DNA of 47,892 nt from an uncultured Pseudomonadota bacterium (GCA_902785275.1 CACZYB010000008.1:1-47892), one strand, 5' to 3'. Shown: positions 7,617-16,515, numbered from the stretch's first letter. Made by a program: numbers and translations. Notes: generated from the sequence alone by a model not told the origin.

Positions 7617-7988
7617 ATGCTTGAATTTACTTTAATAGATAAAATAAATTTTAAATTTGATGTTTCTGATATTTCTGAAATAGATCAATCTGTTGAATTA
7701 TCTTTAGATATAACTTTTCTGTATGGAAGTTCACAAATTAATTATAAAGATAAATTGTGGTTTGACACACAAAGTATTAAGTTATTTATTTCTAATTTAA
7801 CTATGGAAAAAAATTGTGTTTTTACAAATATTGATGAAAATTTTTTAATGACTATAAAAAATAATAAATTAAATATAGAAATTGATAAAAAAGGATATTT
7901 TTTATCTCCATTGAAAATAAGTTTTAACACCAATATTGATGATGAAATATATAAGATAAAACAATCATTTGATTCTTTATATATATAA
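7617..7988 (+). CDS. Putative immunity protein (WapI-like, tentative)
   Basis: 123 aa, AGGA RBS, beta-rich with LWFDTQSIKLFISNL; array context. Confidence 0.5.
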   Translation: MLEFTLIDKINFKFDVSDISEIDQSVELSLDITFLYGSSQINYKDKLWFDTQSIKLFISNLTMEKNCVFTNIDENFLMTIKNNKLNIEIDKKGYFLSPLKISFNTNIDDEIYKIKQSFDSLYI

Positions 7989-8008
7989 TAAACATTAAGG
8001 AGAAATAA

Positions 8009-8356
8009 ATGTACATAGATCAAGATTTAAAAAACGATATAGTAAATCAAAAAATTATTGGTGTTTATATTGGAATTGATAAAGATGTAAGTCTTACTTT
8101 AGAAAATTATGCTTCAATAGGTATTATCAATTCTTTTACTATACCAGATAGATTTGAAAATTTAATTGAAAAAAAGATAATAGATATACAAGAAAAATCT
8201 GATGCTTATATAAAATTTTTATTAGATGATAAAAGTTGTATTGATGTAAATATGAGTGATAGTGGATTTATTAATGGTCCAGAAGCTCTTGATATAAAAG
8301 ATTCTAAAGATAATAGATATATTATACGAGGAGTTGATGATATTTGTGTGTTTTAA
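8009..8356 (+). CDS. Putative immunity protein
   Basis: 115 aa acidic ORF, AAGGAG RBS; array context. Confidence 0.55.
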   Translation: MYIDQDLKNDIVNQKIIGVYIGIDKDVSLTLENYASIGIINSFTIPDRFENLIEKKIIDIQEKSDAYIKFLLDDKSCIDVNMSDSGFINGPEALDIKDSKDNRYIIRGVDDICVF

Positions 8357-8408
8357 TCCATTCATGAAAAAACGCATATTAATGTTGAATTAAGATCAGA
8401 GGGTATAA

Positions 8409-8735
8409 ATGAAATATTTTGAATTAGAAGTGATAATGACTATGTATTCTGAAAAACAAGACTTTCATGTTCAGAATATTGATAATTGTGGTAAAAAAGA
8501 TGCTAGAATTGGAATTGTAGTATTTACGCAAAATAAAGAAGTCTTGAGCAATAATAGCTTTTTATTAATAGATAAAAGATATACTTTAGAACCATCAAAA
8601 TCATATAATTTTGTTATAAAACTGACTGTAGATGAAAAAAATATCCAACATATAAAGTTACAAAATGAAATTATAATACAAATTGGTATAAATAATTTTG
8701 CAAATGCTATAATAAAAAATATTAAAGAAATATAA
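8409..8735 (+). CDS. Standalone EF-Tu domain III-like protein, putative immunity protein
   Basis: LEPSKSYNFVIKL...IKLQNEIIIQIGINNFANAIIKNI resembles the PG...G..F.I.EG...IG.G.I barrel pattern. Confidence 0.5.
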   Translation: MKYFELEVIMTMYSEKQDFHVQNIDNCGKKDARIGIVVFTQNKEVLSNNSFLLIDKRYTLEPSKSYNFVIKLTVDEKNIQHIKLQNEIIIQIGINNFANAIIKNIKEI

Positions 8736-8770
8736 ATGACTAAATTAATAACTTACTAACTTACATAATC
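8734..8770 (+). repeat. Cassette junction motif copy 4 with internal 8 bp tandem duplication; right end of the array
   Basis: aaATGACTAAATTAA-TAACTTAC-TAACTTAC-ATAATC directly after the stop at 8735. Confidence 0.75.
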
Positions 8771-8804
8771 ATTTGGTGGGTAGTTTCTTTATAGCTTACT
8801 ATTT

Positions 8805-9134
8805 TTAGTATAGAAACTTACTTTCTTTTTTAAGTTTGGAATTTAATTTTGAATCTAGGATTAAATCAAGTTGGTATTGGCGGGTGGTTTGGCTTTCCTC
8901 ATCCATTTCGGTTATTAAGACTTGCTTTGTCTTCTTTAATGTTTTTAATGCCTTTCGTGGGATTTCAGTTAGCTTGATTATTTCGTTTTCATCGCGGAAA
9001 AGAGCCATAGTTTTCTTGCCGTCAAACACCAAAAATGGATTTCTTTGTGGTGTTGGGCGAGAGGATATTATTATCATAACCTTTTCATCTTTGGTTATAA
9101 TTATATCAAATAATGGTTCTAAAATTGTTATCAT
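8805..9134 (-). CDS. Hypothetical protein
   Basis: 109 aa ORF with GGTGG RBS-like motif. Confidence 0.7.
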   Translation of the reverse strand: MITILEPLFDIIITKDEKVMIIISSRPTPQRNPFLVFDGKKTMALFRDENEIIKLTEIPRKALKTLKKTKQVLITEMDEESQTTRQYQLDLILDSKLNSKLKKESKFLY

Positions 9135-9243
9135 TTTTCCACCTTAAGTTTAATATAGCACATAATTATTTTTTTTTAAATATTTTTGTTCTTTATTTTA
9201 TTATAAAAATCTGTTATCATATAGGAAAATATAAGAGGTGAAA

Positions 9244-9669
9244 ATGACAAATTATTCTGATAATCCTTCAATGGATGAAATTTTAAAGCGTATTAAGAAG
9301 GCTTTGGCTGATAGAGAAAAAAGGGCCGAAGTGGAGATGTCTATTGGTTCGGATGATAGTGTCGAAAGCTTTCCTTTGGAAATTTCGCCTATGGATAGAA
9401 AAGTAGAGGTGGAACAGAAAAAAACTTCGGATATTTTCATTAAACCTAATGTTAAATCTGAAAAATCAGGTGTTTTTGTTTTGACCAAAGATATGAAGCT
9501 TAATTCTATGGCAAAGATTACCGATACCGATTTCCAACAACTTTGCTTTAATATTGCAGATAAGATGTCAAAGGATTTGGCAATGGCTTATATGGGGCCA
9601 AAGATGGAAACATGGCTTTTGAATAACTTTTGGGAAGTTGTTGCAAAATCGAAAAAGAATCTTTTTTAA
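9244..9669 (+). CDS. popZ: PopZ-like polar organizing protein (DUF2497)
   Basis: N-term PSMDEILKRIKKAL (PopZ EPSMEEILASIRRII) and C-term GPKMETWLLNNF. Confidence 0.65.
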   Translation: MTNYSDNPSMDEILKRIKKALADREKRAEVEMSIGSDDSVESFPLEISPMDRKVEVEQKKTSDIFIKPNVKSEKSGVFVLTKDMKLNSMAKITDTDFQQLCFNIADKMSKDLAMAYMGPKMETWLLNNFWEVVAKSKKNLF

Positions 9670-9679
9670 ATAACTCTTA

Positions 9680-10279
9680 TTAACGAGTGTAAGTTTTAAG
9701 TTCTTCCTGTATGTTTGTGGCATTGCCGTGGCCGGGGAGAACTTTTGTTTTTGGAGGAAGGGTTAAAAGCTTTTTTATGCTTTCAAAGATTTCTCTTTCA
9801 TTTCCGGTTGGAAGATCTGTTCTGCCATAGGTATGGTAAAACATTGTGTCGCCGGAAAAAAGAGTATCTTCTAAGAGAAAGCAGACGCTTCCTTTTGTAT
9901 GGCCGGGGGTTTCAAGAATTTTTATTTGTTGGTTGCCTATTGTGAAGACTTTGTTTTTATCAAAATATTCGGTAATTTTTGGAACTTCGGTATAGGAAAC
10001 GTAATTTTTTATGCTTTGGATTATTTCTTTATCATTTAGTGGAGCAAATGTAGGGATATTGTATTTTTCAAGGTGATAGTTTACGCCCATTACATGATCG
10101 AAATGTCCGTGTGTAAGAAGAATATATTTTAGATTTGAGCCACTTTCCTTTACAAAATTCATAATTTCATCGGTTGGGCTTGTGCAATCGATTAGTACAG
10201 CTTCCTTTGATGCTTCATCCATTATAAGGTAGTTATTGTTTTGGATTGGACCTTCTATAAATGTTTTTATTTTCATCAT
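9680..10279 (-). CDS. MBL-fold metallo-hydrolase (glyoxalase II-like)
   Basis: THGHFDH, TPGHT, FSGD, PGHG motifs. Confidence 0.92.
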   Translation of the reverse strand: MMKIKTFIEGPIQNNNYLIMDEASKEAVLIDCTSPTDEIMNFVKESGSNLKYILLTHGHFDHVMGVNYHLEKYNIPTFAPLNDKEIIQSIKNYVSYTEVPKITEYFDKNKVFTIGNQQIKILETPGHTKGSVCFLLEDTLFSGDTMFYHTYGRTDLPTGNEREIFESIKKLLTLPPKTKVLPGHGNATNIQEELKTYTR

Positions 10280-10388
10280 TATTTCCTTTTTCTTTACCTT
10301 TTATCGTATTAGAAATACAGGGATTGTCAATAACTTTTGTATTATTATGTAGTTGATTTTTTCAAAAAAAATCTATAATATTTAAGCT

Positions 10389-10931
10389 ATGGAAAGACTT
10401 AGTATTAAATATTGTTGCAAAAATAAGGCAGACCGTAAGTGTGATTTTTCGTTTAGGGGGCTTTCGACTTTTATTGCTTCGGGTATTGTTCCAAAGGATG
10501 CGGAAAAAATCGCTCTTTTTCTTTTGGATAGGAAGAATGACAAGAAGATTATGAAGTATTGGAAGAAGGTTCAGACGGATGAAAAAAAACTTGAGAAATA
10601 TGATGGAACGTTGGAGCAGTTGGAACAAGCCAGAAAGATTGCAGAGGAAGTTGGTATTGAAAATGTGTATGCCAATGCATTGCTTGATATTTCGTATTAC
10701 TGTCCAAAATGTCATAAATTTCAGGTACAGTTTGGCTTCTTTATGACTTGGCAGGATGCAAAGGGAAAACAAAAGATATTTAAGTTCGAACACAAATGTA
10801 AAAATTGTGGGGCGGAGTTATTAAAGCTTACCGGTACATCAAAACAGACATCAAAACTTAAGTGCCCAAAATGTGGTGGGGCGATTGAGGTGGATAATTC
10901 CTCTGTTATAAATGTTGTTACGAGGTATTAA
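10389..10931 (+). CDS. Hypothetical Zn-ribbon protein
   Basis: CPKC, CKNC, CPKC motifs. Confidence 0.75.
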   Translation: MERLSIKYCCKNKADRKCDFSFRGLSTFIASGIVPKDAEKIALFLLDRKNDKKIMKYWKKVQTDEKKLEKYDGTLEQLEQARKIAEEVGIENVYANALLDISYYCPKCHKFQVQFGFFMTWQDAKGKQKIFKFEHKCKNCGAELLKLTGTSKQTSKLKCPKCGGAIEVDNSSVINVVTRY

Positions 10932-11462
10932 TTGATTGAGCGTTTCTTTATAAAGTATATATGTGAGCATACAAGAGATAAGACTTGTGATTTTACTTTT
11001 GATTCTATTGTAAATTTTCCTTACTCAAACATACTTCCGAAAAAACATGTTGATATAGCGAGGGATATTTTATCCGAGTCATAGGATGATGCATTGAAAA
11101 AATTACAAAAAACTCATCCAAAGGTTTATTTGCGTTATAAGGCTGATTTACCAAAGCTTAGGGAAGCAAAGAAGATTGTTGAAAGAATTAGATTTGATAA
11201 TTTGTTTGTTTCTGCTTCGGCTGAAAAGGCAAAAGGAACATTTGAAAAACCAGCTTTTGAAAAGAAAGGTGGCAAAGGACCAATGAAACCTACATTTGAA
11301 AATGGTTGTCTTTCTGTGAAGAATGTAAAGGGACCTATGGCTGATATGTCTACAAAGGCAGATGCTGATGGCGATGGTTGTGTTACAGAAGCTGAATTTG
11401 ATACATTTATGAAAGAACATAAACCATCAGGAAATCCTCCTAAACGTCCAGATGAAGAATAA
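10932..11462 (+). pseudogene. Interrupted paralog of 10389..10931 fused to an EF-hand-containing C-terminus
   Basis: TTG 10932 MIERFFIKYIC...TCDFTF aligns with MERLSIKYCC...KCDFSF; in-frame TAG at 11082; C-term DADGDGCVTEAEF EF-hand. Confidence 0.7.
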
Positions 11463-11482
11463 TATTAATAATATATCTCTTG

Positions 11483-11513
11483 AACCACCTTTTTTTATAT
11501 TAGGTGGTTTTTT
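11483..11513 (+). terminator. Intrinsic terminator
   Basis: aaccacct...aggtggtt followed by T run. Confidence 0.7.
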
Positions 11514-11564
11514 ATTTGTAAATTTTATATAAAGGCATATAATCCATAAAAAACGGAGCCGGTT

Positions 11565-12617
11565 ATGATTAGAAATTTTGATGATTTGAAAAAGTTTAAA
11601 CCTGATATAGATCCAAAAATCAAACAAGTGATTGAAAAATATGGTGTATTGATTACAGATTATTATGCTTCTCTTATTGATTGGAAAAATCCAGACGATC
11701 CACTTTATAAATTGGTTGTCCCTTCGATTTTAGAGTTAGATGATAAGGCCGATGAGTTACAGGACCCTATTGGAGATGATAGTGCAGAATTTAATACTAT
11801 GAAGACAAAGATGCTTATCCATCGTTATCCTGATAGGGTTTTACTTCTTTCTACAAATAAGTGTGAAAGTAGGTGTCGTTATTGTTTCAGAAAGTGTAAG
11901 GTCTTTGGCAAAAGGGATATTTTTGATGATGTGGAGTTTGAAAAATCTCTTCAATATATAAAAAATACAAAGACTATTTCTGAGGTTATTCTTTCGGGTG
12001 GGGATCCTCTTTGTATGCCAAGGGTAAAATTCAAACAAGTGTTTGAATTTATTGTTTCGGAATGTCCGCATATAAAAGGAATAAGAATTCATTCGCGTGC
12101 TTTTGTATATAATCCTGATATTATTACGGATGATTTGGTTGAATTTTTAAATAGTATAAATAAAAAGCTTCCTGTGGTTTTGGTTACACATATTGTTCAT
12201 GAAAAGGAAGTTACAGAAAAGCTTTGTGATAAACTTGGTAAACTTTGCTTTCTAAAAGTTAATCAAACCCCATTATTAAAAGGAGTTAATGATACGACAG
12301 AGGATTTAGTTAATCTTAGCTGGGCTTTGGTTAGGGCTGGTGTGCTTCCTCATTATCTTCATTATTTGGATAAGGCAAGGGGGATATCGTATTTTAGAGT
12401 TTCTATTGATAGGGCAAGGGAATTAGTGGCAAGTCTTTGGGGACATTTGGGTGGACATTTAATTCCAAAGCTTATATTGGATTTACCGGATGGACATGGT
12501 AAAGTTTTGCTTAATAAATCATTTATTGTTTCTGAAAATTATGATGATGGACATATTTTAACTGTGCAATCGACTTATTCAGACAAGGTAAGTGAGTATA
12601 AAGAGCAAGATTGTTAA
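11565..12617 (+). CDS. epmB: KamA-family radical SAM lysine 2,3-aminomutase (probable EF-P beta-lysylation protein EpmB)
   Basis: HRYPDRVLL, CESRCRYC, LSGGDPL, YLHYLDKARG; epmA present in the window. Confidence 0.75.
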   Translation: MIRNFDDLKKFKPDIDPKIKQVIEKYGVLITDYYASLIDWKNPDDPLYKLVVPSILELDDKADELQDPIGDDSAEFNTMKTKMLIHRYPDRVLLLSTNKCESRCRYCFRKCKVFGKRDIFDDVEFEKSLQYIKNTKTISEVILSGGDPLCMPRVKFKQVFEFIVSECPHIKGIRIHSRAFVYNPDIITDDLVEFLNSINKKLPVVLVTHIVHEKEVTEKLCDKLGKLCFLKVNQTPLLKGVNDTTEDLVNLSWALVRAGVLPHYLHYLDKARGISYFRVSIDRARELVASLWGHLGGHLIPKLILDLPDGHGKVLLNKSFIVSENYDDGHILTVQSTYSDKVSEYKEQDC

Positions 12618-12732
12618 TATATGCTTAAGATATAAGAATTATTTCCAAATATTTCATAAAATTGTTTTGCATAGCCTTTAGTTGTAGGGTAAAATTAACT
12701 TTATGTTTTAAATAAAATGAAAGGAAATTTTT

Positions 12733-14577
12733 ATGTGTGGAATAGTAGGTTATATTGGAAACTCTGATGTCGTTGATATACTTACAAATGGACTTAATAC
12801 CCTTAAATATCGTGGATATGATTCCGCTGGGGTTGCTTTGTTTGATGAAAATAAAATAAAGATTTATAAAGCTGTTGGCAAATTGGAAAATTTGAAGGCA
12901 AAGCTGGAAACTGTTAAATCAGAAATAAAAAATCCATCAATGGGTATTGGTCATATAAGATGGGCTACTCATGGAAAGGCAAACGAAGTTAATGCTCATC
13001 CTCATACTTCAACTTCTTCGGATATAGTTGTGGTTCATAATGGTATTATCGAAAATTTTAAGGAACTTCGTGAAGAACTTACTAAGAAGGGATGTGTTTT
13101 TAAATCAGAAACAGATACCGAAGTGGTAGCTCATCTTGTTTCAGAAGAATATAAAACAATAGGTAATTTAAAAGATGCTGTTAAAAAAGCTTTGGTTCAA
13201 TTAAGGGGAGCTTATGCTCTTTGTATTATGAGTATAAATGAACCGGAACATATTGTTTGTGCAAGAAAGAATGCGCCACTTATCATTGGTATTGGTGAAG
13301 GTGAGAATGTTATTGCAAGTGATATTCCTGCGATTATTTCTTTGACTTCGAATATTATATACCTTAATGATGAGGAAGTTGCAGTTGTGAAGAAGGATAG
13401 TGTTTCAATAGAAAAGTTTAGTGGTGAAAGTGTTCCTTTGAAAATTGTGAAAATTGCAATAGAAACAGATGCTATTTCAAAGATGGGCTATAAACACTAT
13501 ATGCTTAAGGAAATACATGAACAACCAAGTATTGTAAGAAACCTTTTGAACGGAAGAATTGTTGATATAAACAGTCCAATAGAGCTTCCTGAAATAAAAA
13601 TGTCAAAGGATGTTTTACAAAATATTTCAAAAATTCAGATTATTGCGTGTGGTACTTCTTTGCATGCAGGGCAGATTGGAAAGTATTTGATAGAAGATTT
13701 TGCTGGTGTAAGTGCCGAAGTAGAATCTGCTAGTGAATATATATATCGTAAAAATACTACTGATAAAAATAGTTTAGTTATTGCTATTTCTCAAAGTGGA
13801 GAGACTGCGGATACTATTACTGCGGTAAAACAGGCAAAAGAAAAGGGTGCATATATTTTGGTTATTACAAATAGACCAGATTCAAATATTACCCGTTATG
13901 CCGATAGTGTTTTGAATGTGAATGCGGGAATTGAGGTTAGTGTTGCTGCAACAAAATCTTATACTGCACAACTTTTGACACTTTACTTATTTGCAATTTA
14001 TCTTGCTGAAGTAAAGGGGGTAGATGTATCAAACTTTTTAGAAATTAAAAGAGAGCTTTTATCTATACCAACAAAAATGGAAGAAGTTTTAACAACAGAG
14101 GGTGATATTGAAAAGAAGGCGGAAAAACTTTCTGGATTTAAAAATGTTGTTTATATTGGTCGTGGTGTAAATCTTTCTACTGCGATGGAAGGTGCTTTGA
14201 AGCTTAAAGAAATAAGTTATATAAATGCAAATGCTTATCCCGCTGGGGAGTTAAAGCATGGACCTATTGCTCTTCTTGATGAAAATATGCCGGTTGTATC
14301 TGTGCTTATTCCTGGTCATATATCGTATGATAAGACAATTTCTAACTGTGAGGAAGCAAAGGCAAGAAATGCGAAGCTTATTACCGTTACATCATCAAAT
14401 GATGAAAAGCTTAATAATCTTTTTGATGTAATTATAAGAATTCCAGAGGTATCAAATGTATTGTCTCCGATTTTGGCGGTGATACCATTCCAGCTTTTGG
14501 CTTATTACATAAGTAACTTTTTAGGTAAAGATGTTGATCAGCCAAGAAATTTGGCAAAATCTGTTACCGTTGAATAA
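12733..14577 (+). CDS. glmS: Glutamine--fructose-6-phosphate transaminase
   Basis: MCGIVG, YRGYDSAG, GHIRWATHG, C-term PRNLAKSVTVE. Confidence 0.98.
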   Translation: MCGIVGYIGNSDVVDILTNGLNTLKYRGYDSAGVALFDENKIKIYKAVGKLENLKAKLETVKSEIKNPSMGIGHIRWATHGKANEVNAHPHTSTSSDIVVVHNGIIENFKELREELTKKGCVFKSETDTEVVAHLVSEEYKTIGNLKDAVKKALVQLRGAYALCIMSINEPEHIVCARKNAPLIIGIGEGENVIASDIPAIISLTSNIIYLNDEEVAVVKKDSVSIEKFSGESVPLKIVKIAIETDAISKMGYKHYMLKEIHEQPSIVRNLLNGRIVDINSPIELPEIKMSKDVLQNISKIQIIACGTSLHAGQIGKYLIEDFAGVSAEVESASEYIYRKNTTDKNSLVIAISQSGETADTITAVKQAKEKGAYILVITNRPDSNITRYADSVLNVNAGIEVSVAATKSYTAQLLTLYLFAIYLAEVKGVDVSNFLEIKRELLSIPTKMEEVLTTEGDIEKKAEKLSGFKNVVYIGRGVNLSTAMEGALKLKEISYINANAYPAGELKHGPIALLDENMPVVSVLIPGHISYDKTISNCEEAKARNAKLITVTSSNDEKLNNLFDVIIRIPEVSNVLSPILAVIPFQLLAYYISNFLGKDVDQPRNLAKSVTVE

Positions 14578-14581
14578 AAAT

Positions 14582-14605
14582 AAGGGCCTTTTAAAAAGGC
14601 CTTTT
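14582..14605. terminator. Bidirectional terminator between glmS and xerC
   Basis: aagggcctttt-aa-aaaggcctttt hairpin flanked by A and T runs. Confidence 0.7.
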
Positions 14606-15515
14606 ATTTTGCGTGAGGGTGGGCCGAGTTATAATTTTCTATGATTTTACCCATATCGACTTTGGTATAAAGTTGAGTTGTGGAAAGGGAGCTGTGTCCT
14701 AATAATTCCTGTATAGTTCTTAAATCTGTACCATTTGCAAGAAGGTGTGTTGCAAAGCTGTGGCGAAGACTGTGGGGGGTGGTTGTTTGTGGAAGTCCCA
14801 GATAATCACGAGCCATTGCAATATCTCTTTCTGCAACACGAGGAGTGAGTCTTGCACCCTTTACTCCACGAAAAACAGGAGTGTTTGGTTTGAAATCGAA
14901 TGGTGCGATTTTTAAGTAATCGAAAACTTTTTCCTTTATTATATCAAGTATTGGGATAAGTCTTTCTTTGTTACCCTTACCGGTGATGCGTAAGACATCG
15001 TTGTTTGATATATCTGATATGTTAAGGTTTAATGCTTCGGATATTCGAAGTCCACAACCATAGATTAGTGTGAAAAGGGCGATGTCGCGTTTGGCAATCC
15101 ATTTTTCCTTTATCAAATCATTAAAGCTTTCGAGTAGTTTTATTACATCCACAGTAGCAATGGATTTTGATAATTTTTTTGGAATTTTTGGGGAATGTAA
15201 AATTTGGATTGCTTGGTTATTTGCAATTTCATTTTGTTGCATAAATTTGAAAAAATTTTTAAGGCTGGAAACATTTCTTGCGATTGAAACGTTGCTTTTA
15301 TTTTGGCGGGTAAGGTGTGCCAAAAAACTTCGGAATGTGGATATGGATATATCATTTAAAAATTTTGCATCAATTTTTTTTAACTCTTTGGTTTTTGTAA
15401 GAAAATCGATAAAAAAGGAAATATCCCTGTTGTAATTTTCAAGGGTATTTATGGATACACGACGTTCGGATCTTAAAAAATCAAGCCATAATTCTTTTAT
15501 TTTTGTTATGTGCAT
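14604..15515 (-). CDS. xerC: Tyrosine recombinase XerC
   Basis: LIYGCGLRISE, GKGNKER, TPHSLRHSFATHLL, DLRTIQELLGHSSLSTTQLY. Confidence 0.88.
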   Translation of the reverse strand: MHITKIKELWLDFLRSERRVSINTLENYNRDISFFIDFLTKTKELKKIDAKFLNDISISTFRSFLAHLTRQNKSNVSIARNVSSLKNFFKFMQQNEIANNQAIQILHSPKIPKKLSKSIATVDVIKLLESFNDLIKEKWIAKRDIALFTLIYGCGLRISEALNLNISDISNNDVLRITGKGNKERLIPILDIIKEKVFDYLKIAPFDFKPNTPVFRGVKGARLTPRVAERDIAMARDYLGLPQTTTPHSLRHSFATHLLANGTDLRTIQELLGHSSLSTTQLYTKVDMGKIIENYNSAHPHAK

Positions 15516-15584
15516 TTTTTCTTGTATATTCCCCTTTATTTTTTTATAATAACACAGATTTGATTAAAAAGAAAGGAGTTTAAA

Positions 15585-16085
15585 ATGCAATGGGATGAAT
15601 ATTTTCTTGGGATAGCAGAGCAGGTTGCTTTGAAATCAAAGGATCCTTCAACTAAGACAGGAACTGTTATTGTGGATAAAGATTACAGACCGGTTTCGTT
15701 TGGCTATAATGGATTTATCAGTGGTTGTAATGAACAAAAGATGACACAGGAACGTCCAATGAAATATCATCTTGTTCTTCATGCAGAAATGAATGCAATA
15801 CTTTTTGCAAAGCGTGATTTGGATAATTGTATTTTGTATACTTTGTATGCTCCTTGTGAAAATTGTTTGAAACATATTCTTCAGGTTGGAATTAAAAGAA
15901 TTATTTATAAGTATCCATTTGTTCAAAGTAAGGTTCATAAAGATTGTAAGTCTATGTCAACCGATGTTCAGACCGAAGCATTGACACGAATTTTGCAATC
16001 ATTCCCAGATGTTGAATGTAGAAATATTAATGGAAAAACTTATTTAGAAGAGTTGTGGGGCGATTGTGAAATTCCAAATTATTAG
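15585..16085 (+). CDS. dCMP deaminase family protein
   Basis: WDEYF, SKDP, GYNG, HAEMNA, PCENC. Confidence 0.92.
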   Translation: MQWDEYFLGIAEQVALKSKDPSTKTGTVIVDKDYRPVSFGYNGFISGCNEQKMTQERPMKYHLVLHAEMNAILFAKRDLDNCILYTLYAPCENCLKHILQVGIKRIIYKYPFVQSKVHKDCKSMSTDVQTEALTRILQSFPDVECRNINGKTYLEELWGDCEIPNY

Positions 16086-16092
16086 TATTTGG

Positions 16093-16515
16093 TTAGTCTT
16101 CTTCGCTTTCAGCTTCATCATCGGAGTCATCATTATTTGATACTCCGTTTTTATTTTCACGGAGTGATTTTTCAGAATAGATTGGTGGGGTTTTATATTT
16201 TTCCTTTTCCGGTGTGTAATTTATGGATGGTTGTTTTTCGTTGGCTTCTAATTCTGAATACACATCCTCTATGGAATAAATTAATTTGTATTTTTCCTGG
16301 GATTGAACGGGAAGTTCACTTTCCTCTAGATAGTATGGAGGTTCAGGGTCTTCATCAAGTTGAGCTGGACCTTCGTTAAAAGCTTGGGTATTTTCATCCA
16401 ATTCGACACGACCAAATTCATCTTTTTTATATGAAAAACCACCGAAACGTGCCGGAGAAGCAAATATTTCGTTTGAAAAAATGCAAAATAATAAAACTAA
16501 TCCAAATTTTCTCAT
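16093..16515 (-). CDS. Hypothetical secreted acidic protein
   Basis: N-terminal signal peptide, D/E-rich body. Confidence 0.65.
   Translation of the reverse strand: MRKFGLVLLFCIFSNEIFASPARFGGFSYKKDEFGRVELDENTQAFNEGPAQLDEDPEPPYYLEESELPVQSQEKYKLIYSIEDVYSELEANEKQPSINYTPEKEKYKTPPIYSEKSLRENKNGVSNNDDSDDEAESEED

Larger units (their letters stand above)
1..8790. other. AT-rich orphan toxin-immunity cassette array (extends left of the window)
   Basis: Tandem short co-oriented immunity-like genes, toxin stubs, repeated junctions, visibly lower GC than downstream DNA. Confidence 0.8.

Noticed and set aside
859-8770. CRISPR array or integron attC interpretation of the repeats
   Set aside because: Spacing is gene-sized and irregular, no cas or intI gene is present, and no RYYYAAC...GTTRRRY attC boxes are evident.
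12618-12732. glmS ribozyme upstream of glmS
   Set aside because: The intergenic region is short and AT-rich and lacks the conserved ribozyme core.
14604-15515. XerC as the dedicated recombinase of the immunity array (rAID-like)
   Set aside because: It lies ~6 kb away among core genes and looks like housekeeping XerC; the junction motif does not have the 11-6-11 dif layout. Action in trans cannot be excluded.
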